This document shows, piece after piece, positions 15,108-22,936 of a stretch of 24,000 bases of DNA. The notes below the pieces were generated by a model that did no database searches, had not been told where the DNA came from, and worked only from the letters and a program-made list of their open reading frames with translations. Within the stretch, counting starts at the first letter, position 1, and the number at the start of each line of letters is the position of its first letter. The stretch is from Verrucomicrobiota bacterium (GTDB lineage Bacteria > Verrucomicrobiota > Verrucomicrobiia > Verrucomicrobiales > DEV007). The translations under genes and the position numbers were made by a program. Where the stretch lies: contig JASFYY010000041.1 of the NCBI GenBank assembly GCA_045046875.1, forward strand, positions 8,821 through 32,820. The letters run 5' to 3'.

Positions 15108-16577
15108 TCACAGCAAAATCTCGTGGTTTACTTTCGGGTGTCCTACGACTCCGATGAGGCGGTTGTCTAATCCTTGAAAAGGGTAGGTGAAACTGTGGGC
15201 GTTTTTGCCTAGCAGGTGGAGGATGGTGGCTTGCAGGTCGGGCACAGACATCGCACCATCGGCGATCCGGTAGCCGAAGTCGTCGGTTTCGCCGTAGTTG
15301 AAGCCGGGTTTCACGCCACCGCCAGCCATCCATAGGCTGAAACAATGCGGGTGGTGATCGCGGCCGAGGAACTTGGAGCCGTTGCGTTCTTCGTTCATCG
15401 AAGTGCGGCCGAACTCGCCACTCCAGATGACGAGGGTATCTTCCAACAGGCCGCGTTGTTTGAGGTCTCGCAGCAGCGCGGCGATGGGTTGGTCGATGTT
15501 CTTGGTTTTGTTTTTCAAGCCGATCGAGATGTCGTTGCCGGCGCTGGTGCCGTGCATGTCCCAGCCGTAATCAAAGAGCTGGACGTAACGCACGCCCTGT
15601 TCGACCAGACGGCGGGCGAGCAGGCAGTTGTTGGCGAAGTTTTCCTTGCCAGGTTGAGTGCCGTAGGCTTCGTGCACGTGTTGGGGTTCCTGGCTGATGT
15701 CCATGATCTCGGGGACCGAGGTCTGCATGCGGTAGGCGAGCTCGTATTGGGCGATGCGGCTGAGCGTTTCCGGATCGCCGACTTGTTCGAGTTCGAGTTG
15801 ATTGAGTTTTTTCAGGGCGTCGAGGCCACGCCGGCGCGCTGCCCGGCTGAGACCTTTGGGATTGTTGACGTAGAGAACCGGGTCGCCGTCGGAGCGACAT
15901 TGCACACCTTGATAGAGCGCGGGCAGGAAGCCGCTGCCCCACAAGGCTTTGCCGCCGGAGGGATTGGTGCCACCGGAGAGCAGAGCGACAAAGGCGGGCA
16001 GGTTCTCATTTTCACTGCCGAGCCCGTAACTGGCCCAGGAGCCCATCGAGGGGTTGCCGAAGCGGTTGAGACCGGTGTGCAGGAAAAGTTGGGCGGGGGC
16101 GTGGTTGAACTGGGTGGTGAACATCGATTTGATCATGCAGACGTCATCGACGACGGTTTTGAAGTGCGGCAGGATTTCTGATACCCAGGTGCCGGCTTCA
16201 CCACATTGTTCAAATTTCCACGGCGTGCCTAACAACTTGGGACGCCCTTTGATGAAGGCGAATTTTTCTCCTTTGAGCAGGCTTTCGGGGCAGGGTTGGC
16301 CGTTGTGTTTGACCAGCTCGGGTTTCCAATCGAAGAGGTCGTGCTGTGGTGGGGAACCTGCCATGTGCAGGTAGATGACGCGCTTGGCCTTGGGAGCGAA
16401 GTCGGGGCGTTTGGGGGAGGAGGGATTGGGTGACGGGGCAGCAGGGGAGGTGAGCGCTGCCTGGGCCTTTGGACCGAGCAGTTGGTTAAAAGCCAGGGCG
16501 CCGATACCGGCGTTGCAGTGGCGTAGAAAGTGACGCCGGGTGGCGAGTCGAGCGGAGTTTTTGAGCAGATGATTCAT
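15108..16577 (-). CDS. DUF1501 family (sulfatase-like fold) protein with Tat signal
   Basis: The Tat signal is TRRHFLRHCNAGIGALAF. DUF1501 text includes VIYLHMAGSPPQHDLFDWKPE, FNHAPAQLFLHTG, MGSWASYGLG, LLVIWSGEFGRT and GRDHHP. It is paired, as usual, with an upstream DUF1553 gene. Confidence 0.9.
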   Translation of the reverse strand: MNHLLKNSARLATRRHFLRHCNAGIGALAFNQLLGPKAQAALTSPAAPSPNPSSPKRPDFAPKAKRVIYLHMAGSPPQHDLFDWKPELVKHNGQPCPESLLKGEKFAFIKGRPKLLGTPWKFEQCGEAGTWVSEILPHFKTVVDDVCMIKSMFTTQFNHAPAQLFLHTGLNRFGNPSMGSWASYGLGSENENLPAFVALLSGGTNPSGGKALWGSGFLPALYQGVQCRSDGDPVLYVNNPKGLSRAARRRGLDALKKLNQLELEQVGDPETLSRIAQYELAYRMQTSVPEIMDISQEPQHVHEAYGTQPGKENFANNCLLARRLVEQGVRYVQLFDYGWDMHGTSAGNDISIGLKNKTKNIDQPIAALLRDLKQRGLLEDTLVIWSGEFGRTSMNEERNGSKFLGRDHHPHCFSLWMAGGGVKPGFNYGETDDFGYRIADGAMSVPDLQATILHLLGKNAHSFTYPFQGLDNRLIGVVGHPKVNHEILL

Positions 16578-16588
16578 TGGGGAAGGTT

Positions 16589-16618
16589 GTTTAGGCTATA
16601 GGGGTTTAGGCTGTAGGT
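16589..16618. repeat. 2 x 15-bp tandem repeat
   Basis: gtttaggctataggg (16589-16603) is followed by gtttaggctgtaggt (16604-16618), 13/15 identical. It shares the words taggctgt and gtttagg with 7991-8003, upstream of creB. Confidence 0.8.
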
Positions 16619-16622
16619 AAGA

Positions 16623-16752
16623 AAAAAAGAGAACCGCGAATGAACGCGAATAACTATGAATAAGATTAGGATTTTTAACCACGGATAGCACGGATAACAC
16701 GGATATTTTTTTAATTAATAATTTCCTATATTCACCCGTGGTTCTCTTTTTT
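16623..16752. repeat. inverted-repeat-bounded 130-bp intergenic element with internal tandem repeats
   Basis: The 16-nt arms are AAAAAAGAGAACCGCG (16623-38) and CGTGGTTCTCTTTTTT (16737-52), complementary at 15/16. Between them lie a 10-bp periodic block (gaaccgcgaa / tgaacgcgaa / taactatgaa / taagattagg, 16631-70) and 3 x 9 bp CACGGATAn (16680-16706). Confidence 0.8.
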
Positions 16753-16756
16753 GTAT

Positions 16757-19700
16757 TCAGGATTTGGTTAAAGTGGCGTCTAGGTTGAGGAGGATGTTGG
16801 TGATGGCGGTCCAGGTGGCGAGTTGGATGGGGTCGGTGGTGGCGGCTTTGTTTTCGCCTTTGGCGGCGGCCAGGGTTTTGGCGGCTTCCGGGTTTTGTTT
16901 GAAGTTGTTCAGCTCTTTTTGGAACAGGGTGGCGATGACTTGTTGCTCGGTTTTCGAGGGCGGACGGACGAGCACCAGTTGCAGGGCGAATTTAATTCGC
17001 TCGGCATGGGTGTCACCGCCTTCTTTGATGATTCGTTGCGCCATGGCCTGGGCGATTTCGACGTAAACCGGATCGTTGAGGGTGACGAAGGCTTGCAAGG
17101 GAGTGTTGGTGCGGATGCGACGCAGGTTGCAGACTTCGCGGCTGGGGGCATCGAAGGTTGCCATGCTGGGGTAGGGCACGGAACGGCGCCAGAAGGTGTA
17201 GAGTCCACGGCGGTAGCGGTCTTCGCCTTTGCTGGTTGCCCAGTTGCGTTGACCGTTGAAAGCGGCGCGCCACATGCCGGGAGGTTGTGGTGGGTAAACC
17301 GAGGGGCCGCCGATTTTGTGACTGAGCAAACCGGACAGGGCGAGGGCCTGGTCACGGACCTGCTCGGCGTTGAGCCGGAAGCGTGGGCCGCGGGCGAGTT
17401 GGGCGTTGATGTGGTCATCAGCGTAAGCTGACGGTGAGGCCTTGCTCGATTGACGGTAGGTGGCGGACATGACGATAGTTTTGAGCAGGGCTTTGCTGTT
17501 CCAGCCGTTTTGCATGTATTCGGTTGCCAGCCAGTCGAGCAGTTTGGGGTGACTGGGGTAGGTGCCTTGGGCGCCGAAATCTTCCTCGGTTTCGACGATG
17601 CCGGCGCCGAAGAGCTGGGCCCAGATGCGGTTGACGGCGACCCGGGCGGTGAGCGGGTTGTCGGTGGAGGTCAGCCATTGGGCGACACCGATGCGGTTGG
17701 CGGGCGCGCCTTTGGGGAAGGGGTTGAAGGAGGCGGGTACGGCGGCTTCGACCTGATCTCCCAAGTCCATGAAGTTGCCGCGGGAATGGATCTGGGTTTT
17801 GCGGTGTTTGTTTTTTGCCAGCTGGGTGATGATGGGGACGGTGGGTGGCTTGATCGCATCATATTGTTTTTTGACCTTGCCCAGTTCACCTCTGAGTTTG
17901 GCCAGCGAGGGAGCAAAATCGCGGAAGTAGAGAGCGAGTTTTTTCTTATCCTGCGCACTGCGTTGCGATTCGTTTTTGTCGATAATGGTGAGCATGTCGG
18001 GGCGCAGGGTGGCACGCTTGGACAGGGCGGGATCATTGGTGACCGAGATTCGGAAGCGGCCGAGGGTTTTCTGTCCGCCGTAGTTGTAGTGGTGATCGAG
18101 AATGATCGTGAGTTTGTCGGTAGCGGCGATTTTGATCTCTGCGCTGGGAACAAAAAAGGCGACGTGTTTTTCTTTTTGCTTGGGGGAAACGCTCCAACCT
18201 GCCAGGTTGCGGGCCACTGCGGGAATGGCATTGCTGACGGGCCATTTTTTTTCTGAGTAATCGGCAGTGGCACGGGTGAAAATCAGCGGCAGCGGGCCGG
18301 TGAGGGCAAAGGCTGCTGATGGATCAGGGCCTTTCAGCTTGGTGTTTTGCCAAACCAAATTGCGCTTAGCATCGAGCAGCTTGATTTGGTAACCGTCGAG
18401 TCTGGATTGTAGTTTGCTGTCCGTGCGGTTCCAGATTTTGATGCGATCAATGGGGGAGAGTTGGCCGAGATCGACTTCCCACCAGGGAGATTTGTCTTTG
18501 CTGCCGACATGGGCGATGGATTTTTTTTCCCACAGGCCGTTGGTATTGCCATCGATGGCGTGACTGGCTTCGCCGCCGGGGTAGGTCGATGACTGTGAGG
18601 CTTTGCCTTTATTGGCAAGATTGTTGTCGCCATTAAAAACTTCGACCTCGGCGAGATGGAGGATTTTGTCTTTGCCGGGCAATTCGATGCGCACATAGCG
18701 TGCTTGTGGAGCTTTGTCGCCGGTGTCGAGGGTGGCGGCAAAACGCGATAGGATGAAGCTGCCGTCAGGAGCGCGTCCCGAACCTCCGGCGGGGTTGCGC
18801 GGGTCGGGGATGGCCTCCAGGCGGAAGCCGGTGATGGATTTCAGCGAGCTGTTTGCGCTGAGGGTGTAGCTGTCATTTTTGGGGCGTTTGCCAGTGACGA
18901 ACAGGCTGCCGTCTTTTTGTTTTTCGAAAACCGATCCCTTAGTGGAGCTTGTTTTGGGGAAGGATAGAGGTGTCCACTGAGTGTGCCCGCGATACTGGCT
19001 TTCCCATTTTTGTTGCTCAAGCAGAAGTGCGGTTTGATCCACTTGGGAGATTTGTTTTTCGATTTTGGCGATTTGTTGATCAAGTTCAGCGCGTTTTTTT
19101 AGTTCCTTGGAGCCAGGAACGGCAATGAACGGCGCGTCGTCATTGGTATCGGCATCGACGGCCTGGTTGAAAAAATCGTAGAACTGGTAGTATTCCTTAT
19201 GGGTGATGGGGTCGTATTTGTGGGTGTGGCATTCGGCGCAGCGCATGGTGAGTCCCATCCAAACATTGAGGGTGGTGCTGACCCGATCCTTGACCGCGGC
19301 AACCCGGAACTCTTCGTTGTCGGTGCCACCCTCGGTGTTGTTCATGGTATTGCGGTGAAAGGCGGTGGCGATCAAATTTTTGGATTTGTGTTTGGGTAGC
19401 AGGTCTCCAGCTAATTGCTGCAGGGTAAACTCATCATAAGGCATGTTGTCATTGTAAGCTTGGATCACCCAGTCGCGGTAAGCCCAGATGCTGCGCAGGT
19501 TGTCGGAGGCATAACCCATGGAGTCAGCGTAGCGGGCGAGGTCGAGCCACATGGCTGCCCAGCGTTCGCCGTAGGCGGAGCTGGCAAGCAGGCGGTCGAC
19601 GAGGTTTTCGTAGGCTTGCGGGGATTTGTCATTGATGAAAGCGGTGACTTCTTGTGGTTGCGGAGGCAGTCCGGTGATGTCGAGCGAAGCACGGCGGATG

Positions 19701-20227
19701 AGTTGGTAGCGATCGGCTTCTGCTTGGGGTCTGACTTGATCTTTTTCCAGTCGGCTGAGAACAAAATAGTCAATTTCATTTTTCGGCCAGAAGGGTGTTT
19801 GTATACCCGGGGGGGCATGGCGTTGAGGTGGAACGAAAGACCAATGGCGCTCGTATTTGGCACCGTTGTCGATCCACTGTTTCAGGCGTTCGATTTCATT
19901 GGGCTTGAGAGGTTTGCCCGATTCGGCGGGTGGCATGAGGTCACCTTCATCGTGGGTGGTGAGGCGGGCGATGAGTTCGCTTTTTTTGCTGTTGCCGGGT
20001 TGGATGGCAAAATGGCCGTCGAGATTCTTGGTCGCCCCCTCGAAGGTGTCCAGACGCAGATCGGCTTCGCGGGATCCTTCATCCGCGCCGTGGCATTTGA
20101 AACAATTGGATGACAGCAGCGGTTTGATGTCACGGTTAAAGTCGAGATCCTCGGCAGCGGATAAATGGATGCTGGGCAGGGCGATGCCGGTTAGTAGGAG
20201 GTTGAGAATGAAGGTAGGTATTTTCAT
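16757..20227 (-). CDS. PSCyt1 (CxxCH) - DUF1549 - F5/8 type C (discoidin) - DUF1553 protein
   Basis: I place the start at the ATG at 20227 ([26 protein letters not shown], a signal peptide). The longer track ORF would overlap the upstream gene. Domain evidence:
- Heme motif [10 protein letters not shown], with a later MPP.
- DUF1549 text [25 protein letters not shown] and [11 protein letters not shown].
- Discoidin text ARYVRIEL...ASQSSTY...AIDGNTNG...SPWWEVDLG...IKIWNR (about 18330-18705).
- DUF1553 text [18 protein letters not shown]...TFDAPSRE. Confidence 0.9.
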   Translation of the reverse strand: MKIPTFILNLLLTGIALPSIHLSAAEDLDFNRDIKPLLSSNCFKCHGADEGSREADLRLDTFEGATKNLDGHFAIQPGNSKKSELIARLTTHDEGDLMPPAESGKPLKPNEIERLKQWIDNGAKYERHWSFVPPQRHAPPGIQTPFWPKNEIDYFVLSRLEKDQVRPQAEADRYQLIRRASLDITGLPPQPQEVTAFINDKSPQAYENLVDRLLASSAYGERWAAMWLDLARYADSMGYASDNLRSIWAYRDWVIQAYNDNMPYDEFTLQQLAGDLLPKHKSKNLIATAFHRNTMNNTEGGTDNEEFRVAAVKDRVSTTLNVWMGLTMRCAECHTHKYDPITHKEYYQFYDFFNQAVDADTNDDAPFIAVPGSKELKKRAELDQQIAKIEKQISQVDQTALLLEQQKWESQYRGHTQWTPLSFPKTSSTKGSVFEKQKDGSLFVTGKRPKNDSYTLSANSSLKSITGFRLEAIPDPRNPAGGSGRAPDGSFILSRFAATLDTGDKAPQARYVRIELPGKDKILHLAEVEVFNGDNNLANKGKASQSSTYPGGEASHAIDGNTNGLWEKKSIAHVGSKDKSPWWEVDLGQLSPIDRIKIWNRTDSKLQSRLDGYQIKLLDAKRNLVWQNTKLKGPDPSAAFALTGPLPLIFTRATADYSEKKWPVSNAIPAVARNLAGWSVSPKQKEKHVAFFVPSAEIKIAATDKLTIILDHHYNYGGQKTLGRFRISVTNDPALSKRATLRPDMLTIIDKNESQRSAQDKKKLALYFRDFAPSLAKLRGELGKVKKQYDAIKPPTVPIITQLAKNKHRKTQIHSRGNFMDLGDQVEAAVPASFNPFPKGAPANRIGVAQWLTSTDNPLTARVAVNRIWAQLFGAGIVETEEDFGAQGTYPSHPKLLDWLATEYMQNGWNSKALLKTIVMSATYRQSSKASPSAYADDHINAQLARGPRFRLNAEQVRDQALALSGLLSHKIGGPSVYPPQPPGMWRAAFNGQRNWATSKGEDRYRRGLYTFWRRSVPYPSMATFDAPSREVCNLRRIRTNTPLQAFVTLNDPVYVEIAQAMAQRIIKEGGDTHAERIKFALQLVLVRPPSKTEQQVIATLFQKELNNFKQNPEAAKTLAAAKGENKAATTDPIQLATWTAITNILLNLDATLTKS

Positions 20228-20244
20228 GAAAAGCAGTTTTAGTT

Positions 20245-21852
20245 TTAATGATTCTGACCGGGCCATAACGAAGTGGGGCTGCCGGCATCGATCATTTTTT
20301 GAAGTTCGCTTTCGCTCAAGGCACGTTGCCACAGGATGACTTCATCCATGCGACCGCGTAGGCTGCGGACGGGGTTTTCCCATTCGGGGTGAGGTTTCCA
20401 ATCACCGAGGCGGCAGGAGCCGGGGGTGATGAGGGCGTCTTTTTCCAGGTAAGCGGTGGAGGAGAGTTTGCCGTTGACGTAGGTGTGGACTTTTTTGTTT
20501 GAGCCTTCGCCGACGACGGCGAGGTGAACCCAGTGTTGCAGTGGCAAGGGGCTGGGGAAGTGGTCGCGTTTGCTACCGCCGTTGTAACCAAAGGTGAAAT
20601 TCCGACGACTGCGGGAGATTTGAAAATGGGTGTCGCCGGGCTCCCATTGGTCGGAATCGAGGATGGTGGAGAGCTCGTGATCCAAGCGATTGACTTTGAC
20701 CCACACGGCTAAGGTGAAAGCGCTGAGAGGTTCTGGAATGTTAAGCAAAACCGCGTCGTGGTCGCGTTCGAAAAGCAGAGCATCCTTGTCCGGCCAGCGG
20801 CCGCTGACCCAGATGGGGCCCTGAATGATACCGTCTTCGACCGGACTGTTGTTTGCTTGGTTTTTCAGAATAGAGCTGTTGGCTTGACGGGTGAAGTCAT
20901 AATAGAACAATAAGGAGGGATCTTTTTGCACGGCTAAGCTCCAGTTTTTCCAGCGTTGATAGCCGATCGACTGGGGGGTGGGGAAGGCATCGGCCTTGAG
21001 GCGGGCACCACTGGCGACCTGACCGTTTTCCATGGTGTAGGACTGGCCCAGGCTGGCGGCTTGCAACAGGGTTTGATTGTCGCTGCTTTTGATGTCAACC
21101 CGCCCTTCAAAAACATGCAGTTCGCTGGTGCCTGTTTTAGAATCGACGGAAACTCCGAACTCAGTGCCGAGGTCTTCAAAATCTATCTGCGGAGCACCGA
21201 TAGTGAAGCCGATTCCACTGTCGGGAACGATGGCGCGCATGCTGCCGTGATGCAGGGAGATATGAAAAGGGTCGATGATTTCGAAATCGACGGGGGCGCG
21301 GTAGATCAAATCCACTCCGTTGACAAAACGCATGTGGGCAGCTCCGCTTTGCAGTTGGTAACGGCCGGGTTTGAACTGAACCACATCGGGGCTGTGTTGC
21401 GGGCTGAAGTCAGCGGAGGCTTCGCTGACCAGCAGAGCGGCGATGTTGCTTGCGGTTTTTTGTTGGGAGACAGGGTTGGTATCAGTTGTGGTTTGGGTGA
21501 CGGTGACTGGTGCGGGCTTGTCGGAATTTTGTTTAAAGACGGGTCCAATGATACCTGTCAAGGTTAAGGCAGCGACCACACTGGCCGCGGCGGCTACGAT
21601 CCACGCCGGCTGCAGCGGCCAGCTTCGGCTGCTGCTATTTTGTTTGGCGGGATCAAAGGCCAGCTGATCCATGGTCGCAGACATTTTTTCGGCTTGAGCC
21701 CAATCGCTCAGAATGGCTTCTTCGTTGGCCAGGCTGATAAGTTGTTCGCACAAGTCGGGTTCTGATTTCAGCCGTTGTTGTAATTGGTGTTCATCTTGCG
21801 GGGACATATCGCCCTGCAAGTATTCCATCAGCAGTTCGTTGTTTTTTTTCAT
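20245..21852 (-). CDS. anti-sigma factor: N-terminal sigma-binding segment, one TM, FecR-like domain, C-terminal LamG domain
   Basis: The N-terminus reads MKKNNELLMEYLQGDMSPQDEHQLQQRL. The TM segment is AWIVAAAASVVAALTLTGIIGPVF. FecR-like text is GRYQLQSGAAHMRF. LamG-like text is FTLAVWVKV...WVHLAVV...VHTYVNGKL...GRMDEVILWQRALSESE. Its ATG overlaps the sigma gene stop (ATGA at 21849-21852). Confidence 0.85.
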   Translation of the reverse strand: MKKNNELLMEYLQGDMSPQDEHQLQQRLKSEPDLCEQLISLANEEAILSDWAQAEKMSATMDQLAFDPAKQNSSSRSWPLQPAWIVAAAASVVAALTLTGIIGPVFKQNSDKPAPVTVTQTTTDTNPVSQQKTASNIAALLVSEASADFSPQHSPDVVQFKPGRYQLQSGAAHMRFVNGVDLIYRAPVDFEIIDPFHISLHHGSMRAIVPDSGIGFTIGAPQIDFEDLGTEFGVSVDSKTGTSELHVFEGRVDIKSSDNQTLLQAASLGQSYTMENGQVASGARLKADAFPTPQSIGYQRWKNWSLAVQKDPSLLFYYDFTRQANSSILKNQANNSPVEDGIIQGPIWVSGRWPDKDALLFERDHDAVLLNIPEPLSAFTLAVWVKVNRLDHELSTILDSDQWEPGDTHFQISRSRRNFTFGYNGGSKRDHFPSPLPLQHWVHLAVVGEGSNKKVHTYVNGKLSSTAYLEKDALITPGSCRLGDWKPHPEWENPVRSLRGRMDEVILWQRALSESELQKMIDAGSPTSLWPGQNH

Positions 21853-22436
21853 AGACCGCCTTCCTGTGAAAGTTTGTTATCAACGCAATCGCGCAGCACC
21901 AGGCGGATGCGTTTTAATAAAGCGTAAGTGCCTTGCACGCTGCGACCGAATTGCCGGGCAATGGATTCGACCGGTGGAGTGGGTTTGTCGTAGCGCATGG
22001 CGATCATACGACGGCTCTCGGTGGGTAATTGCTCCAGGCAGGTGTGCAGCAGATGGCGTTGGGATTGCTTGCGCTGTTGTTCTTGTTGATCGATGCGCTC
22101 TGCGGCTTGTGAGAGTTGGTCGAGCAGGTCGTCGTCGATCAGTAATAGTTGTTTGTGTTGGCGGACGTGGGAGAGGATGCGGCGGCGGGCGATTTCGCGT
22201 GCCCAGGGAAGGAAGCCGTTTTCATCGCGCAGTTGGGAAAAGGAGGTGGCGATGGCGAGCGAGCTTTCCTGAAAGATGTCGTCGGTATCCGCGTGGTTGC
22301 GGACGGCGGCGAGGATGTAGGCCATCAGGGCTGAGCGGTGTTCTAACAGCAGACGGGTGATGGTCGGGGCATCACTGGTCGCGCCGTTGCTTGGCAGCTT
22401 GGAGGGCTCGGATTTGGCTGGATTTTTTTCAGACAT
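21849..22436 (-). CDS. ECF-type sigma-70 family RNA polymerase sigma factor
   Basis: Region 2 reads DDIFQESSLAI...FLPWAREIARRRILSH. Region 4 reads LEQLPTESRRMIAMRYDK...IARQFGRSVQGTYALLKRIRLVLRDCV. I take the ATG at 22436. The track start at 22439 is a TTG one codon upstream. Confidence 0.9.
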   Translation of the reverse strand: MSEKNPAKSEPSKLPSNGATSDAPTITRLLLEHRSALMAYILAAVRNHADTDDIFQESSLAIATSFSQLRDENGFLPWAREIARRRILSHVRQHKQLLLIDDDLLDQLSQAAERIDQQEQQRKQSQRHLLHTCLEQLPTESRRMIAMRYDKPTPPVESIARQFGRSVQGTYALLKRIRLVLRDCVDNKLSQEGGL

Positions 22437-22936
22437 CAACAGACTAGGTATAAGTAAAGGCGGCTTTTCATTGTATTAGGCAAAAAAAATGAAGTTTTGT
22501 TGAGTTTTTTTTCAGAGGGGAGCCACGGGAGGGGGTAAGACAAAATAGTTAAGCTGCTGATCGCTATGCGTTTCGCCCTTGCAGGACTGGAAGAATTGGA
22601 TTTTTTACCCAGCGCTTCGCACTGGGCTATCACATTGAGCACCGTTGGTGCAAAAGAGATGAAAGCAAACTGTCCTAGTGCCAATTTATTTGTTCACTGT
22701 AGTTTTTTGCGCATTAGCGTTTGTCATTTTCGGATTAATTTCGACCTAGTTAATATGTAGGATATTGATGATGCTGAAGTGCCAGTTGAGGGGGGCCGTG
22801 TGATTGTTTTTTCAGTGTAAGAGCCGCGCGGACAGATTTGGAAATCTATCCTACGGGGGAGGGCGGATTTTTTTGCCTTGGATATTGATTTAAAGCGGCT
22901 TGCTTTTGGAACTTGATTTCGCGACACTTTGCCTTG

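Noticed and set aside
20228-20332. 35-codon N-terminal extension of the 1191-aa ORF (MATCLERKRTSKNDR...).
   Set aside because: It would overlap the 3' end of the anti-sigma gene. The internal ATG at 20227 gives a canonical signal peptide and a 17-nt intergenic gap.
10351-22360. Long antisense or out-of-frame ORFs within the GC-rich genes. Examples are 10963..11808 +, 12499..13104 +, 15345..16181 +, 16823..17431 +, 17450..18256 +, 17671..18273 -, 19415..20113 +, 20956..21567 + and 21713..22360 +.
   Set aside because: All lie entirely inside genes with strong family-level evidence on the other strand or frame. Their sequences are the Arg/Gly/Pro/Ala-rich text expected from stop-poor alternative frames in GC-rich DNA.
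22436-22760. The 82-aa minus-strand ORF (stop overlapping the sigma ATG as TGATG) and the 64-aa plus-strand ORF in the long spacer.
   Set aside because: They have AT-rich spacer composition, no motifs and implausible sequences, and they overlap each other. I kept them only as a note under the spacer finding.
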